The position numbers and the translations under genes are program-made. Below are positions 23,017 to 36,210 of a stretch of DNA of 64,000 nt, piece after piece. Numbering within the stretch: position 1 is the first letter of the stretch; each line of letters starts with the position of its first letter. The notes below the pieces were generated by a model. The model did no database searches and was not told where the DNA came from. It was given only the letters and a program-made list of their open reading frames with translations. This DNA is from Vitrella brassicaformis CCMP3155 (Eukaryota; Protista; Chromerida): the NCBI GenBank assembly GCA_001179505.1, contig CDMY01000379.1:29520-93519 (forward strand), written 5' to 3'.

Positions 23017-26000
23017 ATGCAGAAGGCGCTGTCCACGACGCAGATCCAGACGCTCTGGACGGAATTCGACCGCATCGTATGCCAAACACACAAAACAACC
23101 CATGGATCTTTCATCCCATTAATGAGTTCACGAGCTCCGTGCGCGTGTGTGTGCGTATGCAGGCCCGTCAGGCGGGTCTGTCGCGGGAGAGCTTCGTCAA
23201 GGGCTTCAAGACCCAGTCGAAGGGCAAGGATGTGACGCAGGAGAACCTAGAGGCCTTCAAGCAGTACGTCAGACAACACAGAAATGACGGCAGGAGGGGC
23301 AGGTACAATGTCAGCAAACCCGCTGATCAACAGCGGCAGCAACCGCAGCACCAGCAGCTTGACAGAAATGACAATGGAGGCACTCGGCCGGCCAACCAGC
23401 AGCAGGAGAAGCCGCGTGCCAAGACGTCGCCGGGAGGGGAGAGGGAGGGCAGTGGTGGCGGTGGCGGTGGTGTATCGGGCAGCCCGCCGGTGAATGGGGC
23501 GAGGTCGCGTGCTGCGAACAGGGGGGGGGCCAAGACACCCCAACAACGTCCACCGCAGCAGCAGCACCGGAAAGGTGAGAAGAACATAACTGCACACGGA
23601 AGTGGGACCAGAGTAGATGGGCATTGTCTGTGTGCAGGGTCGGGCCCTCCTGCTGCTGCTGCGGCGGCGGCGGCATCTGGAGGTGGCAGTAGTGGTGCTG
23701 CGGCAGCAGCAGCTGCGGCTGCATCATCATCGCCAGCGCCATCGCCTGTAGTGGATTTGTCGACTGCTGGCGTGGGCATATTCTCGCCACTGGCTGCCAG
23801 GCGGGGCGCACCACTCCCGCACAAACAACCCAAGAAGTAAGTACACACACTCTCACTCACACACAGAGAGCCACACCGACACAAGCAACGGTGTGCTGTA
23901 TTGTTCGTTGTGTGAAGGCCTGACCATCAGCAGCAGGGCAGTAGGGCGACAGTGTACTCGCTGAACAGTGACAAGCTCGACGGCCTGGAGGGCCGCATGA
24001 CGCCATACGACCAGCAGAGGCTCAAGATCACAGTCCTTCCCAGTAAGTAAGCACGGTTGTCACATGGCAGCCGAAGCGAAGACACCCACCCCACCCATGT
24101 GTTGATGTGTGTGTGTGTGTGTGTGTGTCATGTGTGTAGGCATAGAGCAGTACGAGGACCATGACGGCGTGGGGTTTGGGTGCCGCTGCCCATACGCCTA
24201 CAAGTGGATGGCCGCAGACGCCCGAACCAGGAGCAAAACCACTGGTGGGTGAGGTGGGTCGGGGTGGCTGGGGCAGGCAGCTGTACGTGTGTGTGTTGTT
24301 CATTGATTGTTCAGACGAGCGTGTGCACATGATGTGCAAGGCGTTGAAGGACCACCTGGAGGATGACTCCGAAACTGCCGACACCTTCGATGCCGCACAA
24401 GTCGGCGACACACGACAGGTACACACACCACGCACGCCCTCCGACACCTTCACAACTCGCGCTCACCCCTTCTGCATTTCTGTGTGTCTTATGTTGTCCG
24501 TGCGCTGTGTCAGTCGGATGTGTGGGTGTTTGGTCGGATCGTAGCTGACTCGGAGAGCGGCCCGCTCAACGCGGCCTCGTGTCTGCTCGAGGGGGACAGG
24601 CACTACTCCAACGGCGATAGAGTCGAGCTTAAAATCGTAAGCATGACAGACGCCTACACTGCGCACGGCACACACCAGGCAGATGCCCACACTGCGTTGG
24701 TTTGTGTGTTGTGCATATGTGTGTGCAGGCTGACGACGTTCGCTGCGTACTGTTTCCAGGACAAGTGGTCAGAGGGACACAAGAGTAGGGTGGGCATTGC
24801 AGTGCATCGCCTCGGGTGGCTGCATGTGTGTCTGCTGTGTGTGTCCTTGAGTGCAGGTAGCAGCGTGGGGAATGGGTGAGCGCGTGGGCAGCGGCATCGG
24901 ACGATTCACGGCCAAGAAAATAGGTAGGCAGAGAGAGAGAGAGAGAGAGAGAGTGGCCTTCATTCCACCCCTTCATGTGGATGGGAACGGAATGGCATGT
25001 GGGGCATTCAGTGTGTGGCCTGCCGTCACCATCGCCCACACTGCCGCTGCAGACGCTCAGACGATCCAGCGATGAAACGGTACACACGCGGCCTCATCCA
25101 CAGACAGCCAGAGGGCCGAACACGCCTCTCTCTGTATGTGATTGTGGTTGTGTGTGTGGGTGACATCAGTATGGCGGCAAGCCTCTGCACATCGCCGTGG
25201 CCACGGGGCCGTTCGTGCTGCCCGGCACACTCGACTACACCCCACTAGGTCTGTGGGTGTTGTTGTGGGCGAGGGGCACCCACGAGATGCATACAACCCT
25301 CTCTGTCTGTTGAGTGTGTGTTCCTGCAGATCGGTTGTTGGCGCAGTTGAGTATGTCGCGCCCCAGGCTGTTGGTGCTCATGGGGCCATTCGTTGATGCC
25401 AGAAACGAACAGGTGGGTTGATGGGGTCACACGGAAAGGGTATATTGTATTTTTCGGCGTCATCAGGTAGCTGCAGGTGCGTTGGTTGAGAAGCGAGAGC
25501 CCGATGAGGACAACGTTGACATGACGAGAGATGACGACCAACTCACATGTACCTGCGTGAAAGTGCTAATGCTGCTCTCACCTCGCAATGCGTCCATCCA
25601 CATGTCGGCCATGTGTGCCAACTTTGCAGCGTATCTGTGTTACGAGGAGGTGTACCGCCGCGTGTTTGAGAAGATCGACGCCTTCAGGCGGGGAGAGGAG
25701 AACGTCAGCCCCATACAGGTCGCCATCATGCCCTCACTGCACGACGGTCAGCCCTCACACGGAACAGACACAACACCGATGGACGACACCTGGATGGATG
25801 GAAGGGTGGTGTGTGCTGATTGGTGTGCAGTGGGTCAGTGTTACCCCCTGCCCCAGCCTGCATTCGACTTGGCGTCGTTCAGGGAGGCCCTCGACGTCAG
25901 TCATTTCCCGCTGGAGGAAGACACCCAACAGATGGACACCGGCAGCACTCCGAAGGTATATTGCCAACCACAAGAAACCCTCTTATGCCGGCGTATATGC

Positions 26001-26834
26001 AGTTTGTGTGTGTCTGGGGTGTGTAGGTGCTGTGGTTGTCCAATCCGTGCCGGATGATGCTGGGCAATGAGTTGGAGATCGCAATGACATCGTGTGACAT
26101 CATCGGACCCATCAGTAAGCCATACACAAAGCACCCATCCATCCATCCATCCAACACATTGCTGTTGTGTGTCTTGTCCTTGTGTTGCCAGTGGGCCGTC
26201 GGTTCATGAAGGGCGAGGGCTCATCATTCGACCGATGCTTCGAAGCATTCCTGGGGGTGAGCAAACCACCACACACACAGCACCGCACACACTCTCTCCC
26301 ACTTGCGCATGTGCCGTTGGTGTGTGGTGTGCAGCAACGTAGTTTCTTCCCCTTAGACCCGCCGTACCACGGGCAGCAGCACAGCCACCAGATAGAGTTC
26401 GGCCAGGTGCACAGCATGCAGTTCGACATGGCGGGCGTGGCCAAGAACCCACCGCACATGTTCATATTCGCGTCCTCACACATATCGCCCTTCGCAAGGG
26501 TACGTGTGTCGATGTGGTGTCCTGGATGGATGGATGGATGGATGGATGCAGGTGGCACAAGAGCGCGTGTTCGTCAATACCGGGCTGTATGATGGCACAA
26601 GTAAGGACACACACTCTTCTCGTCTATGGCTGATGAGGGTTATCGGTGTATGTGTGTGTGTGGATGGATGGATCAGAGCCGTTTGTGTGCACGGACATCT
26701 TCATCTACCCGCCCATTCTCGACACACAGGACGGCGAGGGCGATGCCGCCATGATGGACGAGTCGGCCACGGTGCGAGTGCGGCTCCCTGAGAGGGTGCG
26801 GGTGGACATCACCCGAGTGGACATGGCCGAGTAG
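23017..26834 (+). CDS. POLA2: DNA polymerase alpha/primase subunit B (Pol12)
   Basis: Exons give VWVFGRIVADSESGPLNAASCLLEG, VLFPGQ|V, VLMGPFVDA, AIMPSLHD..YPLPQPAF, EIAMTSCDII, QRSFFPLDPP and PHMFIFAS, which match the OB fold and inactive phosphodiesterase domain of Pol12; stop TAG 26832-26834. Confidence 0.88.
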
Positions 26835-27258
26835 ACAGAGAAATGCTCGGACGGATAGAGAGATGCATAGCTGGACGTCGGCGGGTGGGCGTGTGTACAT
26901 ATTCCGACTGTTGTGTGTGCTGTCAATACATATCGTTCAATCAATCAACCAGTCAATTGATTGTGACGTGACCCTCCCGCACCGCAGAAGTAAGTCTGTG
27001 CCGCAAGCAAGCTACACACACGGCACACACACACACACAGACACACGCCGGAACGACCATATGGCGCCCCTCCCTTGCTCCCTCCCTCCCTTGTCTGTCT
27101 ATGCACACACACACACGCATGACCCCGCTACTCGACAAACTCCTTCTCGAACCACTCACGCGTCTCATCCCGCGTCCCGGCGAACGCCACCTCACTGCAT
27201 CAGTCCATCCAGCAACCACCACGATGACCATCCATTGCGCCACAATTGTAAGTCCTGC

Positions 27259-30200
27259 TTACGTGCGGCAGAAGGGACTCAGTAGCTTGGGGTCGTCGGC
27301 CAGTTTGGGGGGCGGCGGCTGCCCGTCATCCTCTAGCCTCTTGCGTGCCGCCCTCACCCTCGCCACGTCGGCTTGCCACTTGGCTCGGTGGTCGTTGTAG
27401 CATTCACGGCACATCCGCAGCTCGCGACACGGCATCACCTTGATGATGGCCGCCCGCTCGAAGCATATGCCGCACTCGGGATGAGACGTAGAACTGACGT
27501 GAAGATGAGAGACCCACAGGCAATGTACTGGTGCCCTTTCCTCTCTCTCTCTCTCTCTCTGCCCACCCTCACCTCTGGCTCGCCGCGCCCGTGCTAACAG
27601 TGGATGGGACAGCAACAGCAGCACTAGAGTTGGCCGAGGGAGCAGCAGATGATGCACTGGCGCCCCCCATGCTCACAATGGGGAATGACGGCGGCTGGAT
27701 CATGGCCGGTGGCGGCAGAATGGGCACACCGAGACCGCGACCCACTCCACGAGACACGACAGCCCCAGCAGAGCTACGCGAGCCACCATTGACTTCTGTC
27801 TGTGCTGATGCGATGGGTGGATGCAGGGGCGAGCGATGTGGCAGGGGGAGAGGGACGGGAGGGGCGTTGTGGCGGCCGTCACTCACTGACGATTGAGAGG
27901 ACGGTGGGCGAGTCGACACCGATGAGGGAATGGATGACAGCGATCTGAACAGACAGGCACCAAACGAGATCTCAAGCAGGCCGGCGAGAGTGGAACCATT
28001 TCCTTCTCGGCCTTACCTGTCGTTTGGTTTGTCAGCTTTGTCCGTCTGCTGCTGCTGTGCGTAGCCGCCCTGCAGTGCTTTGTTGCCTCCCCTGGTGCCC
28101 CTCTTGCTGCGGCCGACTGTGACGAACCCATCGCCCTCACCACCGCCATCCCCCACTCCTTGCTGCCGCCCACCGCCGCCCCGAACCGACCCAGAGGGGC
28201 CGCCAGACACAGCCGACGGCATCGGTGCAGACGATGAGCATGACGGTTGGGGAGGGGAGAGGGGCGACGGGCTGGAGAGACCAGGGAGACCATGATGCTC
28301 TTCCATGTTCTCCTCCTGCTGCTCGCTGTGATCTTCCGCCGTGTCGATGCCACCACCACCGCTGTCGATCGGCACACACACAGATGATCGATGGGCTGAG
28401 TGAGGTGAGGCCCTTTTCCCATTTCACCTGGATGATGATGCCGCCTGTTTGGTGCTGTTGGCTCCCTCGCCGCCCTTCTTGGCCTTGGACTTCTTCTTGC
28501 CGCCCTTACTGCTGGTGTTGGTGTTGGTGTCCTTGCCCTTCTGCTGTGTGTCGCTAATGCCCAACTCGGCTGCCAGCAATGCGTCGGCCCGCTCGTTGGC
28601 CGCACTCTCAATCTCGTCAAACAACTCCAACAACTGACACACAACACACAAATTGACATCGACACGGACTGTGTAAGCCGCCATGTGTGGATCATTTCCC
28701 ACCTCCTTGGGCACTGCTATCTGCTGCTGCTGCTGGTGGTGTGCCTTCCGTCGCCCCTTCGGCTGCTGTCCGGCCGCCCGCATGGTCTTGACAGATTCGT
28801 CCTGCAGGATGGCCTGCGTGACGGTGTTGGGGCGGAAGCCGCCCCTCTTGCCGCCCACGCGATCGCACAGCTGCACAGTCAGACACACAGGGAATTGCAG
28901 ACATCGACAAGTGCAATTGGACAAGTGTGTGCGTGTATCCGTACCTGACGAGTGCACGGAGGGTTCGGACGGCGAAGCCTATGAAGCTACCCAGCTCGTG
29001 CTGGCTGAGGTGGTCCTTGATGCATGCGAGAGCCAGCTGGCACACAGCTGCGTGCAGGCCGTCGCGCAACTGCGATCTGGGGATGAGCGACACACAGTGC
29101 ATGAGCACACGGACAGAAGACACACTCATGAATCCTTCCATCCATCCCCCACCCGTCCTGACCTTGGCGCGAGCGTCAGTGAGGTCGTCTGCGGGCCCCC
29201 CGACGATGTGCGGAAGGCTGGATGCACAGAAGGCCGAATCGGTACCGCCGTGCTTGACAACGTTCGAGAGGAGAGAGATGCAGCCAGAGAGATATACCTG
29301 GTCCCGATACCCACAGGCTGTCAGCATCCATACATACACTGATGGATGCAATGGGACAGACCCATGCCCCATCCCACCCTCACCGGCCAGCACGAATAAG
29401 ACCGGAAGGGCGCTCGCGTACGTACGCCCCACCCCATCGGCGAATCGCGTCACATAGTCGCCGGTCAAGCAAGTCGCCACATAGGCCTGCAGCGTGGGAA
29501 CATGCATCTGCGGTCACACGGCGTACGGTCCCATTAGTCATCGTACCTCCAATGCCTTGGGAACTCTCATGAGACGCTCGGCAGGCGACTCAGCTGCATC
29601 AGCAACGAAGGAGAAAAAGGCCCAGAGCCCGAAGATGTCTGCCAGGGCTGCGGCGGCTCCGCCACGGACGGCCCGCTGTGCGTCAGGAGAGGTCAGGGTG
29701 GCAGCCAGTGTATCTACGTGGGGGTAGATGTGCTGTTGCAAAGCGGCCAGAGACGCTGTCCTCAGGGAGACATTCGGCCTGCACCAACGGGTCGAGGTAC
29801 ATCTTACGATATGCGCAGGGTCTCCGTCTTACGATCTGTGTGTGTCACGGAGCTGATGTGCAAGCGGACGAGTCGATGGATAACGTCAGCCGGACTTGTC
29901 TTCTTGTCCCCCAGCTCAAGCCTGCAGAAAGGAATGAATGAAGAAAGGAATGAGGGACTACCTGCCTGATTGTGTGCNNNNNNNNNNNNNNNNNNNNNNN
30001 NNNNNNNNNNNNNNNNNNNNNNNNNNNNNNNNNNNNNNNNNNNNNNNNNNNNNNNNNNNNNNNNNNNNNNNNNNNNNNNNNNNNNNNNNNNNNNNNNNNN
30101 NNNNNNNNNNNNNNNNNNNNNNNNNNNNNNNNNNNNNNNNNNNNNNNNNNNNNNNNNNNNNNNNNNNNNNNNNNNNNNNNNNNNNNNNNNNNNNNNNNNN

Positions 30201-31820
30201 NNNNNNNNNNNNNNNNNNNNNNNNNNNNNNNNNNNNNNNNNNNNNNNNNNNNNNNNNNNNNNNNNNNNNNNNNNNNNAGTCATGAATCCCTCCATCCATC
30301 CTGACCTTGGCGCGAGCGTCAGTGAGGTCGTCTGTGGCCCCTCCGACGATGTTCGAAAGGCTGGATGCACAGAAGGCGGAATCCGTACCGCCGTGCTTGA
30401 CAACGTTGGAGAGGAGAGAGATGCAGCCAGAGAGATATACTTGGTCCCGATACCCACAGGCTGTCCGCATACACACATACACTGATGGCAGACCCATGCC
30501 CCATCCCACCCTCACCGGTCAGCACGGATGGGACCGCAAGGGCGCTCGCGCACGTACGTTCTACCTCACCGGCCGCTTCCGTCAACGAAGTCGACACATA
30601 GGCCTGCAGCGTGGGTACATGCACCTGCGGTCACACGGCGTACGGTCCCATTAGTCATCGTACCTCCAATGCCTTGGGAACTCTCATGAGACGCTCGGCA
30701 GGCGACTCAGCTGCATCAGCAACGAAGGAGAAAAAGGCCCAGAGCCCGAAGATGTCTGCCAGGGCTGCGGCGGCTCCGCCACGGACGGCCCGCTGTGCGT
30801 CAGGAGAGGTCAGGGTGGCAGCCAGTGTATCTACGTGGGGGTAGATGTGCTGTTGCAAAGCGGCCAGAGACGCTGTCCTCAGGGAGACATTCGGCCTGCA
30901 CCAACGGGTCGAGGTACATCTTACGATATGCGCAGGGTCTCCGTCTTACGATCTGTGTGTGTCACGGAGCTGATGTGCAAGCGGACGAGTCGATGGATAA
31001 CGTCAGCCGGACTTGTCTTCTTGTCCCCCAGCTCAAGCCTGCAGAAAGGAATGAATGAAGAAAGGAATGAGGGACTACCTGCCTGATTGTGTGCCGTTGC
31101 TTACACCATGTCACGAATTTCCTGTCTTTCGTGTGTCATGATGCGCACAGCCGTCGACAAGAGCGAAACCCACAGGAAGGTCGGCATGGGAGCTGGTGGG
31201 AATGCGAACCCGGCCTCGCGCGGCGCATACATGGCCCCGATGAAGGTCAACGCACTCGCACCACTGTCGCTGTGCCCATCCACGATCCCGTTCACACTGG
31301 AGGCGGCCCGTTTCAGAATCTCGGGGTGGTGCTGCACCAAGAAGTCCCAGTAGTCGGCCGCGTTGCCCTCCCTCCGGCCCCTGGCCATGGTCCCTTGCAG
31401 CAGTGCAAAGGCGACGTTGGCAGTGACCTCTTCGTCCACCTCGCCCAGCACCTTGGCCAGCACGGCGGCGAGCGAGTTGATGGATGTCTGAGGCGAATCG
31501 CCGAGAGATGAGATGGCCTCCATGGTGAAGGGGAACACGCTGTGGGTGCAGAGAGGGTTGAGCACGATTGAAGCCATCTTCTGGCGTGTCTCGTGGGTCA
31601 TGTCGATGAAGGCACGATACACTCTCCCGATCAGCCGCTTGTTGCGCAGCGCCCCGAACAGCTCACGCCGCACCTCTCCCTGCGCTGCAACCAGCCCGGC
31701 TGCAACTGACGCGGAGACCACTCTGAGGTCGCTGTCGAACACATCCTCCGGCAGCTCCTCTGGCGATGACAAGGCAGCGATTGACGCATCAAAGTCATAA
31801 GAGCCCATCTTCTCAGTCAT
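27259..31820 (-). CDS. Paralogue A: helical (ARM-like) N-terminus, low-complexity linker and degenerate C-terminal RING; interval contains a probable mis-assembled duplication
   Basis: 720-nt first exon MTEKMGSYDFDASIAALSSPEELPEDVF...; shared exons LLELFDEIESAANERADALLAAEL and GDGFVTVGRSKRG; last exon CGIC..PCRELRMCREC...SPFCRT*. Confidence 0.65.
29478..29977. repeat. Near-identical direct repeat of 30595-31094, flanking the 29978-30277 gap
   Basis: The sequences match base for base apart from a few differences in the first ~30 nt; offset 1117 nt. Confidence 0.9.
29978..30277. other. Assembly gap (300 N) in RING paralogue A
   Basis: N run between duplicated segments. Confidence 0.99.
30288..30733. 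repeat. Identical copy of 34387-34832 (paralogue-B sequence inside paralogue A)
   Basis: Both copies start right after an N gap with CCCTCCATCCATCCTGACCTTGG and match through AACGAAGGAGAAA; offset 4099 nt. Confidence 0.9.
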
Positions 31821-32119
31821 GGCTGATCAGTCACCGCTGGCTGCTAGAAGGCGGCCCGGCACCACGTACAGTGGCCAAGTCGAGCACCCGACGCCCATGC
31901 TGCAACGATCGGCAGTACAGTCCCATGCACCGACATGGACAGATGGATGGGATGGATGTGTTTTTTGCTTCTCTCACCTTCCAGGCTGCTGAGGTATGTG
32001 CAATGCAGCCCTCTGCATATCAGCGTAAGAGAGGCGCAACACCCACAGGGCAGCAGCGGTTCAAGGCTCGCAACCAATAGGGTGCTCCCTGAAACCGCTG
32101 CTGCTGGAGAGAGGCGAAG

Positions 32120-32193
32120 ATGGGGATATTGAATCCCGTGTTGTTGCAGGTCGGCTCGCTCATCTGCAGCGTCGCAGTCGCAACATTCGTGAG
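32120..32193 (+). pseudogene. Orphaned copy of exon 1 of the COPI-associated gene
   Basis: ATG...MGILNPVLLQVGSLICSVAVATF plus the GTGAG donor is nearly identical to 36211-36284; similarity stops immediately after, and no downstream exons follow. Confidence 0.75.
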
Positions 32194-32438
32194 CAAAAGC
32201 ATCGAATCGGATGTTGTCCAGAGCAAAGACACATACGAGCCAGTTATGCAGCAGGGCAGCAAGTCTGCACAATATCCAACCATGCATTTCCCTCATGGAG
32301 GATGCACACAGTCAGTCAGATCTATGCACAGCTATGTACTGTACAATGTACGTACATGTGAATGCATTCGATCATTGCAATGCGGTCCCCTTCCCCTCCG
32401 GGCGGCCAGTCGGGCCGCCTGACTGGCACCCATCCCTC

Positions 32439-35400
32439 TCACAAATAGACATGCTTGGTGGCTGTGATGGCCTGTCGGCACCGGGTGCACAGTCGTTGGC
32501 CTACCGGGCGGCGCATCAAGGCCGCCGCGCAACCACCGCACAAACAGAAGTGACGCTGGATCCGTACATCCACACACAGAAAGGCGTTCGTGAGAGCGTC
32601 TTGTGTGGGTGTGTTGGTGGGGGGGTCGGCTTACACAGGGAATGAGGACGGTATTTTTCTTCTCGGCCATGCAGATGTCGCACTCAGTGCTCTCCCGCTC
32701 CTCCTGCAGTCTGCAACCAACCAACCAACCACACCGGCCAGGAACGGTCGGTCAATGAACGACAGATAAGGAGGCCGACGATCGGCCCTCCGCGCTTAGT
32801 TCACCTGTCGTTCTCGCGTTTGATGTCCTCTTTTTCCTTCAGTATGGCCTCGTTCTGCATCCGCATGGCCTCCAGCTGCTGGCGCAGCGCCTCCAACTCG
32901 CTAATGTCCTCACCACACCTGTACCACACAGATGTGTCTGCCCATCTCCCCCCCTTGGCTGCTGTGTCCATCGATGCGCACCTCTCCTGACCACCGCGGC
33001 CCTCCTTGTCCACCGCCATCTGCAAAGTGCTACTGCTACTGCCCCCCCTGGCTGCCAAGAGGGCAGACCCACCCTCATCAGACGCAAAGCTACTGGTGGG
33101 TGCTCGTGTGGGCGACGGTCGGGCGGGAGGCTGGGGCGGAGCATTGCTGAGGCCGCCACACACTGATGAGTGCGATGAGGAGGGGCGAGTCGACTCGGAT
33201 GAAGACGAACAAGGAAAGACCGATGAGCTGAACACATCAACATCACAGAAATGAACCTGTTGGTCGGCTTTGGTGTTGTGTCCTTCTCGGCCTTACCTGT
33301 CGTTTGGTTTGTCGGCTTTGTCCGTCTGCTGCTGCTGTGCATGGCCGCCCTGTGGTGCTCTGTTGCCGCCCCTGGTGCCCCTCTTGCTGCGGCCGACTGT
33401 GACGAACCCATCGCCCTCACCACCGCCATCCCCCACTCCTTGCTGCCGCCCACCGCCGCCCCGAACCGACCCAGAGGGGCCGCCAGACACGGCCGACGGC
33501 ATCGGTGCAGACGATGAGCATGACGGTCGGGGAGGGGAGAGGGGCGACGGGCTGGGAGGACCAGGGAGATGGCCATGACGATGCTCTTTCATGTTCTCCT
33601 CATGCGGCTCGCTGTGGTCTTCGGGTGTGTCGATGGTGCCACCACCGCTGTCGATCGGCACACACATACCCATGATCGGCTGAGTGAGGTGAGGCCCTTT
33701 TCCCATTTCACCTGGATGATGATGCCGCCTGTTTGGTGCTGTTGGCTCCCTCGCCGCCCTTCTTGGCCTTGGACTTCTTCTTGCCGCCCTTACTGCTGGT
33801 GTTGGTGTTGGTGTCCTTGCCCTTCTGCTGTGTGTCGCTAATGCCCAACTCGGCTGCCAGCAATGCGTCGGCCCGCTCGTTGGCCGCACTCTCAATCTCG
33901 TCAAACAACTCCAACAACTGACACACAACACACAAATTGACATCGACACGGCCTGTGTGAGCCGCCATATGTGGATCATTTCCCGCCTCCTTGGGCACTG
34001 CTATCTGCTGCTGCTGGTGTCCCTTCCGTCGCCCTTTCGGCTGCTGTCCGGCCGCCCGCATGGTCTTGACGGCCTCGTGCTGCAGGNNNNNNNNNNNNNN
34101 NNNNNNNNNNNNNNNNNNNNNNNNNNNNNNNNNNNNNNNNNNNNNNNNNNNNNNNNNNNNNNNNNNNNNNNNNNNNNNNNNNNNNNNNNNNNNNNNNNNN
34201 NNNNNNNNNNNNNNNNNNNNNNNNNNNNNNNNNNNNNNNNNNNNNNNNNNNNNNNNNNNNNNNNNNNNNNNNNNNNNNNNNNNNNNNNNNNNNNNNNNNN
34301 NNNNNNNNNNNNNNNNNNNNNNNNNNNNNNNNNNNNNNNNNNNNNNNNNNNNNNNNNNNNNNNNNNNNNNNNNNNNNNNNNNNNNNCCCTCCATCCATCC
34401 TGACCTTGGCGCGAGCGTCAGTGAGGTCGTCTGTGGCCCCTCCGACGATGTTCGAAAGGCTGGATGCACAGAAGGCGGAATCCGTACCGCCGTGCTTGAC
34501 AACGTTGGAGAGGAGAGAGATGCAGCCAGAGAGATATACTTGGTCCCGATACCCACAGGCTGTCCGCATACACACATACACTGATGGCAGACCCATGCCC
34601 CATCCCACCCTCACCGGTCAGCACGGATGGGACCGCAAGGGCGCTCGCGCACGTACGTTCTACCTCACCGGCCGCTTCCGTCAACGAAGTCGACACATAG
34701 GCCTGCAGCGTGGGTACATGCACCTGCGGTCACACGGCGTACGGTCCCATTAGTCATCGTACCTCCAATGCCTTGGGAACTCTCATGAGACGCTCGGCAG
34801 GCGACTCAGCTGCATCAGCAACGAAGGAGAAATAGTCCCAGAGCCTGAAGATGTGTCCCATGGATACGGCGGCTCCTTCGCGCACGGCCCGCTGTGCGTC
34901 AGGAGAGGTCAGGGTGGCGGCCAGTGTGTCGACGTGGGGGTAGATGTGCTGTTGCAATGCGGCCAGAGACGCTGTCCTCAAGGAGACATTCGGCCTGCAC
35001 AAACGGGTCGAATGTGCATCATACGATATGTGCAATCTTCGTCTTACGATCTATGTGTGTCACGTAGTGGATGTGCTCGCGGACAAGCAGTTGGATAAGG
35101 ACAGCCGGACTCATCTCCGCGTCCCCCGTCGTAAGCCTGCACGAAGGAATGAGGGAAGAAATACAACACGACCGTGGGGCTACCTGCCTGATTGTGCGCC
35201 GTTGCTTACATCATGTCACGAATTTCCCGTCTTTCGTGTGTCATGATGCGCACAGCCGTCGAGAAGAGCGAAACCCACAGGAAGGTCGGCATGGGAGCTG
35301 GTGGGAATGCGAACCCGGCCTCGCGCGGCGCATACATGGCCCCGATGAAGGTCAACGCCTTCGCACTGCCGCGACGCCCATCCACGATCCCGTCCACGCT

Positions 35401-35922
35401 GGAGGCGGCCCGTTTGAGAATCTCGGGGTGGTGCTGCACCAAGAAGTCCCGGTAGTCGGCCGCGTTGCCCTCCCTCCGGCCCCTGGCCATGATCCCTTGC
35501 AGCAGTGCAAAGGCGACGCCGGTAGTGAGGTCTTCGTCCACCTCGGACAGCACGGCGCACAGCGAGCTGATGGATGTCTGAGGCGAATCGCCGAGAGATG
35601 AGATGGCCTCCCTGGTGAAGGGGAACATGCTATGGGTGCACAGGAGGTTGAGCACGAGTGTGGCCATCTTCTGGCGTGTCTCGTGGGTCATGTCGGTGAA
35701 GGCACGGAACACTCTCCCGACCAGCCGCTTGTTGCGCAGCCCGGACAGCTCAGGCGGCACCTCTGCCTGCGCTAGTGCAACCAGCGCCACCGAACCAGCC
35801 TCCGCGCCGACCACTCTGAGGCTGCTGTCGAATACATCCTCCGGCAGCTCCTCTGGCGAAGATAAGGCAGCGATTGACGCATCTATGTCGTCTATGTCGT
35901 AAGAGCCCATCTTCTCCGTCAT
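32439..35922 (-). CDS. Paralogue B: helical (ARM-like) N-terminus, coiled coil and intact C3HC4 RING, probable E3 ubiquitin ligase
   Basis: First exon 35206-35922 is paralogous to 31101-31820. C-terminus ELEALRQQLEAMRMQNE..|..ECDICMAEKKNTVLIPC|RHFCLCGGCAAALMRRPVGQRLCTRCRQAITATKHVYL*; stop at 32439-32441. Confidence 0.75.
34087..34386. other. Assembly gap (300 N) in RING paralogue B
   Basis: N run; paralogue A (28805-29150) suggests coding sequence is missing here. Confidence 0.99.
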
Positions 35923-36210
35923 GGCTGATCAGTCACCGCTGGCTGCTAGAGGGCGGTCCGGCATCACGTACAGTGGCCACGTCGAGCACCCGACGCCCAT
36001 GCTGCAACGAACGGCAGTACAGTCCCATGCGCCGACATCAGATGGATGGATGAATGTGTTTTTTGCAACTTCTCTCACCTTCCAGGCTGGTGCCGTCTGT
36101 GCAATGCAGCCCTCTGCACGTACAAGAGGCAATGGGGAGGGATCAAGGCTCGCAACAAGCTCGCAACCAATAGGGTGCTTCCTGAAACCGCTGCTGCAGA
36201 GGAGGCGAAG

